Positions 13,305-25,160 of a stretch of 64,000 bases of DNA are shown here, piece after piece; the stretch's first letter is position 1; each line of letters opens with the position of its first letter. The stretch lies in the NCBI GenBank assembly GCA_951406725.2, contig OX597818.1:144708001-144772000 (forward strand), written 5' to 3'. Below the pieces are notes generated by a model. That model worked only from the letters and a program-made list of their open reading frames with translations. It was not told the origin of the DNA and did no database searches. Made by a program: the position numbers and the translations under genes. Origin of the DNA: Octopus vulgaris. Lineage: Eukaryota.

Positions 13305-14335
13305 GTAATGTGGATTTATTTTGGGGTTTGGCAGAAGAAAAGATTTGGTATTTAACGAAAAACGGGATGGGGACGAGAAAGAAAAATTGTGACATTCTCC
13401 CAAGTGAAGTAAAATGCCTTCAGTTAGAAACAAAGCCATATCATGGACTTTGAAGTGGGCGGGTAAAGAAAAAAGAATATCCCTTGTTCTAAGATACTTG
13501 ACAAAGGTAATATTACAATGAAACATTCGTTACATTCTGAGTTCAAATTCCATTGAAGTCAACTTTGAGTTTTATCTTTCTGGGAGTTCATAAAATAAGG
13601 TCCTAGTGAAGTATTGGGATCGACATAATCAAGTGTTCCCCACCAAATTTCTGGCCTTGCACCCATGTAAAGAATCAATATATTGGTATGAGGCCATATA
13701 TTTATAGAGGAGGATAAACCGATTGAATCTGTCTCCCTCTTTATTAATTTAGTATTTAGAAATGTTAAAATTAACTTCCAGCGGATTTCAGTTGTAAAAG
13801 AACAAAATTAAAAATACTGTAAGGAATTTCGTCTGACAAAATGTATAAATCAAAAGCATGACCGTCACAACTTCCTATTTCGCTTTCCTTAATGATCTCA
13901 GATTACATATCTATATAATAGACATATAATTAATACATATAGAATTATATGTAGGATTGTTAGCTAATTGTATTTATCTTCGTGAACCCTGTTTATCCCT
14001 TGTTTCATGGCATTAAATGATTGAAAGGCAGTCAACAATTGCAGGGGATTTTTCTAACGGGAAGAATTAAACTCAGAACTGCAAAGCAACAGATCACAGA
14101 TCAGAGTTTTACTGTGGAGCAGTTTCTTCTCACTGACTTATCTACTTCTACCTTTGTTGATTTGAATTAACTCGCTGCATATCTAAATGTTACAGCTGCA
14201 CTTGAAATACCGATCTCTTCTTCTCATTCTATTCCTCAGTCCTTTTTTTTTTTTTCTATCATTAAATTCTTCCTAAATTTCGTCCGCATGTTAGCCTCTT
14301 TCACTATTTTTTTTTAATCAAATTAAATCACACAG

Positions 14336-14634
14336 GTATGCGACCTGATTCCCAGTCCATCAAGGATGTCCTGATACTAACTGATGGTAATTCGAATTGT
14401 GGATCTAAAGTAAAGATTGCTGCAGACCGACTGAAGAAGGTGGCCAATGTTTATGCTCTGGCGATTGGTATGTGGCAGAAACAGAGAAGCGAAATCAAAT
14501 CTTATGCTTCAAGCCCAGCAGAAGACCATTTATTTTCATTGAAATACTTCAGTGATCTTCCGGACTTTATGGAAGGTGTCCGTACTTACAGTCAACAAGT
14601 TTATTGCGTTCCATTCTTTGGACAGATGGTGTAA
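14336..14634 (+). CDS. TSP1+VWA protein, last coding exon
   Basis: Acceptor cacag, in frame: GMRPDSQSIKDVLILTDGNSNCG...VYALAIG. Stop TAA at 14632-14634. Spliced CDS is 948 nt (315 aa). Confidence 0.9.
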
Positions 14635-14802
14635 CAGTAATGGTAGGAAGAGAGGCGATTCTAGTAGTAAAGGTAATAGTGGCAACAGCAGCTATAGACG
14701 CATCAGCATCAGAAATATTAGTATTAGTATGAGTAATATGACCAGCTTACATAACATCAAGTTTCTCTAGCATACGTAAAATATAGGAGAGAACAGCACT
14801 AA

Positions 14803-14854
<52 letters not shown>

Positions 14855-15015
14855 TGCACGCACGCACAACATCGTGAATTTAGGCTGGTCTAGTAGCCTG
14901 TTACTCTGGAGTTTCTCTGACTTGTGGCTGGTTCATCAGAGAGGAAAAAAAAGTAGACGGTAGGTAGACATCTCGCTATAATGATGGCGATTTACATGTG
15001 TGTATATATATGTAT

Positions 15016-15049
<34 letters not shown>

Positions 15050-15050
15050 T

Positions 15051-15102
<52 letters not shown>

Positions 15103-15144
15103 TGTATGTATGTATGTATGTATGTATGTATGTATGTATGTATG

Positions 15145-15180
<36 letters not shown>

Positions 15181-15186
<6 letters not shown>

Positions 15187-15575
15187 GGGTTCAGCTAATT
15201 GTTTCACCACATACCGAATTTAGAAATAGAAGTTAAAATTTCTTTTCTGCTACTATAAGAATCTCCATGACGGTAAACATACTTTTTTTACGAAGGCGAA
15301 GAGAAAAGCAATGAATCAACACGACCAGGATTAACTATATACGCGTTTCGAGATTAAAGTGATTTAAATTTTACTTCTCTCTTCAGTATAGTATTTCCAA
15401 TTAGAAAATTTGAAATTGCTAGGACTGAATATGCACACAATCGAGCGACAACATGTAACAGATATCCAACCAACACTTCTAAGTCATGGAGATTCTCATA
15501 GTAGCAGAAAAGGAATTTTAACTCCTATTTCTAAATTCGGTATGAGGTGAAGCAATTAGTTGAACCCTAATTATA
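15181..15575. mobile_element. Penelope-like remnant: ~92-bp inverted repeats around a hammerhead ribozyme
   Basis: Arms 15181-15271 and 15483-15575 are reverse complements with scattered mismatches. HHR lies in the loop. Confidence 0.7.
15335..15391 (-). ncRNA. Minimal type I hammerhead ribozyme (Penelope type)
   Basis: Minus strand reads CTATA-CTGAAGA-GAGA(22 nt)TCTC-GAAA-CGCG-TA-TATAG: stems I and II pair, core intact, palindromic stem III. Confidence 0.8.
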
Positions 15576-15759
15576 ATTATGTGGATAATTTTACCTATAA
15601 AGGTTATTTTAACGCACTCATCTACTTGGTAAAATTATTGATTAATTGATTGATTAATTTATTAATTAAATCAATAAATTTTACCCTTTTATTATTAATT
15701 TAAAATTATATATATATATTTACACACACACACATACACACACACACACACACATATAC

Positions 15760-15798
<39 letters not shown>

Positions 15799-17078
15799 TA
15801 TATATATATATTTACATATATATATATATACATACACACACAAACACACACACACATACATACACACACACACACATATATATTTATATACGTATAAATA
15901 TCTATGTGTGTGTGTGAGTGCGTGCGCAAGTTACGTATGCCTATATACATGTTAATGCAAGGGAGGTAGAGTTGTAGACACGGCAGAGCTCGAATAATGC
16001 ATTGCAATACCAAGTTACGTCCCTTGCCATTCTGTGTCCAACTCCAATCAAGATCGACTTTTTCTTCCCACCTGAGTCGATGCAATTTCCTTCGAAAAGT
16101 TGCTTTGTTTCCATATCATACATTTATGTGCATTCTAATATAAGGTAGACAGAGGAGTAGAAACCCTAGAGATCTGAACTGAATGGCTTGTAATGTTTAT
16201 ATGCGTCTGCTTTACTATCTCATTTGAAACCGTTATGAAAATTTCTTTGATTATTTAAGGGCTGCTAAAATAAGTATCTGTAATGTATTGAAATAGATCC
16301 ATTTAGGTTTATATTTTCGCTTCCAATGTGTACCCTTGTGCAAAGTTGGAAATATATAATGCCTGGTTTACATTTAAAAAGACTTACATACCAGAGATTG
16401 ATAAAAACGAAAATAAATTGATATCTAATACGGATTATACACGCCTAGGAAACTTCACGTACACACACGCACACGTCTCGGCAGTAACTATGAACATTTT
16501 CTTTTCACAAAAGCATTCCTTATATCTAAACAGAAAAAAAAATATATAAAGAAAGAAAAAAAAAAGGTTGTTTGTAGACCGACTGAAAAAACGTGATCAA
16601 TGTGATTATTTTTGTGTGGCTGAAGCCGCACAGTGAGATGAAAAACCTATAAAACCTATTATTGAATATTAAATAAACCAGAATAAATATATTGCTTTCA
16701 GCTGCTTTATTATTTACTGTAAAATTCTATGTATAATTTGCACTTTTTATTTCACCTTATTTAAAGTTAAAATTGCGGGTGCGCTGGTTGCGTAGAATAC
16801 ATATTAGATTGAAGAGCTTTTCTCATCGGTATTTTCAAGAAAAACAAATAACAATTGTAATGAAGTTGTATTGCTTTTTAGGGATAATAAAAATAATAAT
16901 GTATCAATATAATTCTATTTTGGAACGGTGAATCTTGAAGCAGATAAAGCTATAAATGATAGCGTGTAATATTGGATTAGAAACCTTTTGGATAGAGAAA
17001 CTCGAAGGTAGAACGCCTGCCATGTTTGCAGGGAAACGTAGATCTCATGAATACCCTTCAGCTTTTGCTATTCAAAGG

Positions 17079-17134
<56 letters not shown>

Positions 17135-17144
17135 CACACATATA

Positions 17145-18270
17145 CCAGGCTGAGTAAAAAGTTAGCAACGTTTTGAAACATGAAATTCATCTCAAAGTAT
17201 TTCAACAATGCGGAAATTTTATTCATCAAAGTAACTACCATTACAATCAACACATATTTGCCAACGAGTTACAAGTTTGTTTATTCCGGTAACATAAAAT
17301 CTGGAGTTCTGTAACTGATGAACTCTTTGAACACATTTTCAGCATCGGTTTGATTTTTGAACTCCTTGTCTCACAGGAAACCATCAAGGTGCTTGAAAAA
17401 GTGGTAGGAGAAAGGTCTGAGGAATAAGCTGGGTGGGGAAGAACTTCGAAGCCAAGTTTCCATCGACTTCTGGAGCGTCATTAGTGAAACGTGTGGTCGA
17501 GCATTGTCATGAAGAATGATTGGTCCTCTTCCGCTGACCAAACGGAGGAGTAGCAATTTTTCGCTTATTTTAGCAATTTCATGGCAATATATTTCTGCAG
17601 TAATGGTTTTTCCGGGTTTTAAGAAGTTATAGTGAATGAGTCCAGCAGAACACCACCAACCAGTCACCATAACCGTCTTTTTGAAGAGCTTGGGGTTAGG
17701 GAAGGTTTTCGGTGCTTCGTTTTGGTCCGACCACTGCAAAGAAGGTGTTTTTATTTAAAAAAAAAGAAGAAAAAAACGTTTTTAGTTATTGTACAGAATC
17801 TACTTTTCATCGCAAGTTACAATACGGTCGAGAAATGGATCGGTCTGATTACGGAGAAGAAGCGACGAGCAAATTTCATATCTGCGCATTTTCTGATTTT
17901 CATTCAAATCATGTGATACCCATTTGTCGAGCTTTTTTCTTCTTGATTTTCCGATCCCATGCAAATGGTTGCAAGCAATTTTCTGGCTAACTTGAAGTTC
18001 TTTTGCCAGTTCTCGAGTGGTTTTACGTGGATCTTTCTCAATGACGGTCTTTGATTGACCGTCATTTATGACAAATGGGCGTCCACTACGCTCACGATCT
18101 TCAAGGCTCAGGCCTGTACTGCGAAATCGTTTAAACCATTTTCGAGCTAACCACACACCAAACGTTTCGTGGATTTCGAGGGCAGTTTCAGCTGCTTTAC
18201 GTCCTCTTTTGAAAATGAATAGCAAAATTGCTCGAATATCGCGATTTAACAGTTCCATTTCAGATGATTG
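17145..18270 (-). mobile_element. Decayed mariner (Mos1/SETMAR-like) transposon, 5' TIR missing
   Basis: Frameshifted transposase from ATG 18258 to stop 17219: KWVSHDL, RIVTCDEK, LHDNARPH, YSSDL, RWQICVDCNGSYFDE*. TIR follows TA at 17143-17144. Confidence 0.9.
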
Positions 18271-18277
18271 TAACAAC

Positions 18278-21200
18278 GATTTATTTATTGTCCACAGGGA
18301 ACCAAACATAGAGGGACGGTACAAATGAGGGAGGGGCTGATGGTACGTATGGTTTTTACACAGAGATGAAAAGTTAAAAATTTATTTAGATCGAATGATT
18401 AACAAAACAAATACACAAGCAATGAAGTGGGGGATGGGTTTTGCTTCGACTCCTCAAGCCCCGTGCCACCACTGTAACCTTTAGTATAACCTTATGGATA
18501 CACTATGTGGGTTCATTCATTCGCAACAAACTCGCCACAGCCTTCCATCTTTTTCTATATACATCAGGTGACAGGCATTTTCTCTTCACCCTTATTTTCC
18601 TCTTAAGGTGGTAGATGAGGTAATGGACCAGTCCAAGGCTGGAGATGAATGTTCCTGTCATGATTCCTTTCACACGGGTCTTCTATACCGCTTCTTTCGC
18701 TATAGCGACAACAGCAAGGAAACAAGCCTTGCCTTTATTGTTAAAAGAGGCAGGAAGAAAATCTTTACAATCGACTCGGAAGACAGTTGTACTCTTCCCA
18801 CCTGTGACACCGGATGTTCAATATAATCCCGCATCTCAGAGATTTTGGGGTATTGCACACTTGCATGCAGAACGGTTTCCCTGTCCTGCTCGCATCTTGG
18901 ACACGTGGGGGCACAACGGGCACCATGCTTTGCGAGTTTATCGCGAACTGGTAAGGCTCTTCAGGAAAAACTGCCAGACCAGGGATCCTTGGAAGTTGTC
19001 CCGCATGTCCTTCGAAACAAACCGGCTAGTTGGTCCCCATCGAAGCCTAGAGTCTCCCCCAGGAGGTCGGCACACTGAGCCTCTACTAACCCTCTATAGA
19101 AAGACGAGGTGGAACCCCGCTGCTGGCGTTGCCCGTGAGACAAAGAAGCCTGAGTGCCTCACAACACTCCGCTTGTCAATCACCTAACTTTGGTCTACAC
19201 TTGATCCAAGGTCCTAGTTCACTCAAACTAGTTAGCTCAGGAAGTAACGACCGAACGAACGGAGACCACACCTATTCACCGTTAAGGTAGATCCACAGAT
19301 GCCTCAACCTCAGCGCATGTCAGCGCATCAATAGCCGAAGAATCCTTAGCCCACCATTTAACGGATGCTGGCAGCAGACAGAGCACTCTACAAGAGGACT
19401 TCTACCCCTCCACAAAAAGCGGAAGAGCAGCCGCTCCAACTTGCACAGAAGCGATAAACACTCCTGCAACCTCCGCCATTCCTTTCAGGGATAGTCACCG
19501 CTCAGACCAGGTCTGAGTTAGGTGGGTCACCTCGCTCCAATTCTTCTTTATCTGGAGGTCTGCACCAAACCAAAGCCCTAGTATTTTAACCAGCCCCTCC
19601 GTCCAACGCCCAACGACGTTGTTGGGAGGTATCGTCTTGCCTCTTCAGGTGCCGGGTTGCAAGCCGACTGACTTATCCTTGTTAACTTTTGCTCCTTCCA
19701 CCGCTTCATAGTCCTTAATGGCTTTGCCTATCCTCTGTAGTTGTCCCGTCTCGGACACGATGATGGTGATGTCATCCGTGTACGCTGAAACCTTCTTACT
19801 GCAACCTAGATCGTGTGGGATGCCCCTCAAGCTCTCCAACTTCTGTAGTAAGGGCTCTAGAGCCAACACATACAGAAGGAGGGAGAGAGGAGACCCTTGA
19901 CGAAAAGAGTGCTTGATGTTGAACGGCTTCGAGAAGAACCCGTTCATCCGAACGATAGAGTCGATTTTGCTGTATAAAGCAAAGATTCACTCGCGGAAGA
20001 CGGGGCAGAGCCCGAATTCTGCGAGGGACGACACTAGAAACCGATGGTCAACCCTGTCGAAAGCTTTGGACTGGTCTAAATGGACCAGCGTTCTACCCTC
20101 GCCAGGAGATCCGTTAACCCTCTCTAAGGTGTAGCGTAGAAGGTGGAGATTGTCGTGTATGGATCTTGCAGGAAAGGCACAAGTTTGTGTCTCCCCGACG
20201 ATTCCACCCACGACACGCGCCAACCGTTTTGCATACACCTTGACCAAAATCTTCAATTTTGTGTTAAGCAGAGTGATGGGCCTGAAATTATCTATAATAA
20301 TCCCCTTGTTTGGGTCCTTTCTAATTAGCGTCACCACTTCTCGGCTCACAGAGCTGTGTATAAACCCGTTCTGTTGCCAGTTGGTGAAGACGCATTTCAG
20401 TAAGTGCCCGAACAAGTCTGATACACTCTTATAAAGCTCGTAAGGGAGACCATGTAGTTCCGGTGACTTGTCCCGCCACAGTCCGACAAAGCCTCCTGCA
20501 CCTTCGCAGCTGTGATCGGCCCCTCACAGCACACCGATTGCTGCCCCGAGAGATGCGGCATGTCAGCGAAGAAGTCTGTGAGGTTCCTCCTACATTCCAA
20601 CTCGCAGACCCTCCCATGAAGCAGGGCGAAATGCTCCTGAAAGACCTTATATATCTCTTCGGGTTCTTTTACCAAGTCTCCTTGATTATTGATCAAAGAC
20701 TTTATAGTGCCATTATTGTCACGTTGGGTCTCTATCACAGGGGCCCATCCTACGGCTTTGATTCCTTCCTGTCCCATTGCACGTTGCTTAGCTCTGACTA
20801 CGCATCCTTCGCTTTTAGCCTCGAGGTGACGGTTAAGTGCCATTCTCGCAGCAAAATATTCGGCGCGCGAAGCCAGATTCCACTGCTTCGTCTATTTTTC
20901 TTAGCCACTAATTCTTTGCTATACCTTATAGACTCAAATTTTATGGCTCTTTTGAGGGCATACCACCATTTGTTGTTAATAATGGCACCACACAATGCCC
21001 TCATCACTAACTAATCCAACTCCTGTACTCCTCATGAGCCAAAAGCAACTTATCGAATTTCCAATAGCCGAATCCCTGTCTACGTATCTAAATCCAGCCT
21101 ACAGGTCATAAATCTGTGATCAATGTAGCTGATATGGTGAAATTGTGGACGACTAACTAGGTTTTTGTCTATTTCCCTAATTAGAATCCTGTCTAGATAA

Positions 21201-21826
21201 AATCTAGATGACCCATCGCTATTAGTCCATGTCCACAACGGAACATCTAGGACATTTAGTCTGTACCTATCTGCCAGATGAAATCTACTGAGCTGATTAT
21301 TAAAGCACGGGTTTCCTCTTCTATCAGCAGACGAGCCAACGCAATCTGCGCGTGCACCGCAGAGTACGTTAAAGTCATCTAATATTACTATGGTGTGAGA
21401 TGTACCTAGAAACTTCTCCAGGCCGCGAAAAAAATCAGACTGTCTAATTTCCGAGGGAGCGTAGACAGCTACCAGCCTGAAGACCTTGCCGCTGCTTAGT
21501 GTCATTTCGAGGACGACCAACCTACCTTTCGGGTCGATGAAGATAGTTCTTGTCTCTAAATCCAGATTTTTTTCTGAGCAGCACAGCGACACTTCTCCTT
21601 CCTCCAGGTAGGCGTGGAGAAATAAATTTCTCGTAGCCATTTAAGAGGGGAAAAAACCCCGTCGACTACTCAGTCTGTACTCTGTGGCAACCACTACATC
21701 CATCCTATGCGACCTGAGGTCATTCAGGAAACGACCTTGTTTCCATTCTGCCCCCAGGCAACCTACATTTAAACAGCCAACATAAAGTTGTACTTGCCGG
21801 TTAGAGATGGGTTGCACTACTATCAC
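18278..21826 (-). mobile_element. Tx1/L1-clade LINE ORF2 (APE endonuclease and reverse transcriptase), decayed, with 3' UTR
   Basis: EN motifs CLNVGCL, LDDFN, YLDRILI, IDHRF. RT motifs NFRPITLLN, LDQSKAFDRVDH, RQGSPLS, AYTDD. Several stops and frameshifts. Ends in AATAAATAAAT. Confidence 0.93.
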
Positions 21827-21829
21827 ATT

Positions 21830-23080
21830 CTTCTATCTTTTCGTCCGATGCTTGCGAGGTATCGTTGACCTGGCCCTCAAACATTATTTGGGAACAGTTT
21901 TTCCTCAGAGGGCCTACGTCATTTTTAAAACGGTTTGCTAACATATTATAGTTAGCCTTGTCTATTTTAAGTATTGCTCTATTTTGGGTGATTTTTTCCC
22001 CTCAAAGTATTTTATAATGTTGTCTGCATTGGGAACGTTTTTTAATTGTTGCAGTAGAGATTGTTCGTCGTCTCTACTGCAGTGTAATCCATGTCAAGAT
22101 GAGATAGGAACATTTTGGTCTGGGGTTTTTGGTGGTTGTGTGTCCTGTTGGTGGCTGTTTTTCGTTTTTTTGTTTTGTTGTAGAGATTGGGTGGGGAAAG
22201 TAGTTTCCTTTTTTTTCTGGAAAATATTTCCCACTCTTCTTTGGCTCCTTCCATTTCCACTTGTTTCATTTTCAGGTGTTTCTTCATTTGTTCTTCTGTT
22301 TTCTTTTGTTTTTCCTTTTGTTTTTCGACAGCTGGGGGTAAATGCTGCTTTTTCGGGGATGGGGGTTGCACTCGGCCCTAACGTGGCCTTTTTGATAACA
22401 GTTGTAGCAACGAGGCTTCCTCTTCTCTACCATGACTCGCAGTTTAGTCTCCCCCACCTGTATAATGTTCTATAATGTTTTCTAAATCGGCAGGGGCCGC
22501 CTGTATGATCATCTCTAGTCCTTGCCCCTGCCAATTTTGCAATTCCAGTGCTGAGGCTTGGAGGATTGTAATTTTATCTTCCAAGCCGTTTATGGCTGCC
22601 ACCAGCGAAGCGGAGTCTACTTCGGGTGGGATGTCTCTTACCTTAATCTTGGAAGTCCGCCTTCAAAGATAAGTAGGTAGGAGAACCACTTCTGCAGTTT
22701 TAACGTCTCCGTCGATCTTTGTTTCGCCTTTCCCTCCGAATTAAACAGGACTTCTACTGTGACATACTTCACACCTCTTGTGATATATACCACATTATTC
22801 TAAACTGGACAGAGACACCGCAACACCGCCTCCTTACTCGCGTTGTCTAGTTTTTTTAGCTTTTACAACGAACGACTTGTAGATAACTGTACACCTTAGT
22901 GCATTATGAATAGTTTCACTGGGCGGGGTGATCACACTTTCGCTTCCCTCCCTTTTCAACATTCCTTTATATTTTCCTAATTCGTCTTTTCCACTGTTTA
23001 TTGGCCTTTTTGAAACAGTGACTGCTTCTGCAAAATTGCTTCCTTGTTTTTCCTTGCATGAAATCCTCTGTGGTTGGCAT
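21830..23080 (-). pseudogene. LINE ORF1 paralogue A (next to ORF2), CCHC knuckle
   Basis: TSKIKVRDIPPEVDSASLVAAI...KLRVMVEKRKPRCYNCYQKGHVRAEC, knuckle at 22368-22409. Frameshifted. Confidence 0.8.
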
Positions 23081-23314
23081 GTTTCTTAATTCTGTGCTAG
23101 TTTTCGATTTGATTGGAGGTTTATCCATGTTTGTGTGTTTTTTTCACAAAATATAACAATATTTTCCCCCTTCACACAAGGAGGAAAACGTTAACAAAAA
23201 ACTGCCCCAAGCAGAAAAGTAAGGTATTTTATAAAAAAAAAAACAAAAACACTAAACAAAAGTTCAATAACGTAATAATCCAACAATGTAAATTCAACAA
23301 AATATCCACAAATA

Positions 23315-24049
23315 TTACAAACTTACGCCAAACCTTTCGAACAACGTTTGTGTTACTGTCTGTGTCAGGAGGGGCAGGGAGAGGGTTGGTGACTGCAGGG
23401 GGGAAGGGTCTGACAGCATGGGATCAGGTGGGAATTCATATTTTTTCCTCAGACCTATTTTTGTTTTCCTCCTTCTTTTAGCTTGTGCCCATTGCTGCTC
23501 TTCTTCCTTCTCAGGTTCCTCCGCTTGTAGACGACTTCGCCAGAGGTGGAGGTGCGACTTTTTCTTTTGGTTCCTTTGCACTGGGCGGAGGGAATTCTGC
23601 CTTGATGTGGCCTTATCTCTTACATTTAAAATACCTGGGCATCCTGCCCTCCACCATGACTCTCAACTTGATGTCTCCGTCGACCATGATGGTCTCCACC
23701 ATCCTTTCTAGATATTCTGAGGCGGTCTGGATCAACACTTTCAGGCTCCACCCATGCCAATTTCTTGTCGGCACTCTTTGCTTTGAGGACCACAATCTGG
23801 TCCTCCATACCATGTAGGATGGTGGCTACCAGCCAGGCAACATCCACCTCAGAAGGGATTTCATCTACCCTTACCTGAGAAGTACATCTTCCCAGGTAAA
23901 TAGGTAGAAGGACCACCTCTTCCGTCTTAAGGTGAGTAACGGCATGCTGCCTCTGCGAAACTCCTTTCCATCTCTTTATCTATTTCGCTTAGACATCTCA
24001 CCAGCTCCTCCTCAGACGACGACAGGAAAGAGTAGCTAATTCTCTCCAT
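23315..24049 (-). pseudogene. LINE ORF1 paralogue B, decayed knuckle
   Basis: TSQVRVDEIPSEVDVAWLVATI...KLRVMVEGRMPRYFKCKR*GHIKAEF, knuckle at about 23592-23633. Confidence 0.75.
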
Positions 24050-24407
24050 TTTAACAGCGCTTCCCCCTTCAAACAATGGGGACAGCATTAACAAAACTGC
24101 AGTAAGACAGAAAAAACAAGTGTCTTGAGACACAACAATTAATAACAAATATAACTAACTAAGCTTTCGCACAAACAAAATTCACGATCAACTCGGTCAC
24201 ATTATTCTTTATTTTGGCACTACGGCCATAACACACAGGGGACAGCACAGGACATTACTGTGGGGACATAAAACATAGAACGAACGAATGAAAGATGAAT
24301 TATAAAATGGAGATGAAATGGCTGCATGCTCCCCACTTGCAAGCAGTATCATTCGCTTTTTGTATTAGTGTTATAGTCATTAAATTCTGAGCATTTACTT
24401 ACTTTTT

Positions 24408-25160
24408 TCACCATGTTATGTACGGTGTTAGGTCCTCATAATCTATCACTGGCGCCAAGTCATCGAACTCCACGCGTACTCCCGCTGAGTCTATCTTGTC
24501 TCCAAATAATTCTCTCAATCCTGCACATCTCTCTTGGTCAATCACAATTGTCTTGGTGCTCTCTGGATAATATTCCGTTGTTAACTTCACTCTCACTACC
24601 GACTTCATTTTGGTTATTTTCTCGTCAATTTCCACGTTTTTCGAATATGTCACCATACGCCATTTCTTTTTTGGTTCTTTTTTTTTTTGTTACTTGTTCC
24701 TGTATTTCCACTTGACTTTCTATGTTGATTTCCCTTGTTGCTATTGTTGGAATTTCCTCTGTGTCTCTTCCTGTTTATTTTCCTTCCTTTTCTTTAGTGG
24801 ACTCTTTGGCGGTGAGTCCGCGTTTTCCTTCCTTTTCTTTTTCCTATTTATCACCTTATATTCCTCCCCCACCTTCTCTGGACTTTGCTCATTCACTGGA
24901 GTCGCCACTTCGGCATTTTGCTCCTGCTCGTCAATCTGTTGCTGCTGTTCCTGTTCCCTTTTCTCGTCGTTCTGGGGGACACCCTGCTCTCATGTGTCCT
25001 CTTACTCCACATTGGTAACAGATTGGAGGTCTTCCCACCACTACTACTCTTAATTTTACTTCCTCCGGCAGTATCACCTCCTCTGTTATTTTGTGCAAGA
25101 CGAAGATCTAGAAACAGCGCCTTTTAGCTCATGTTGTTGTTGTCCTTGCTTTTAATCGCT
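24408..25160 (-). pseudogene. LINE ORF1 paralogue C, 5'-truncated, intact CCHC knuckle
   Basis: ITEEVILPEEVKLRVVVVGRPPICYQCGVRGHMRAGC, knuckle at 24979-25020. Charged tail ends DLTPYITW* at 24408. Confidence 0.75.

Noticed and set aside
18645-19187. 180-aa + strand ORF, and similar ORFs at 20463 and 21984
   Set aside because: Antisense to LINE coding sequence.
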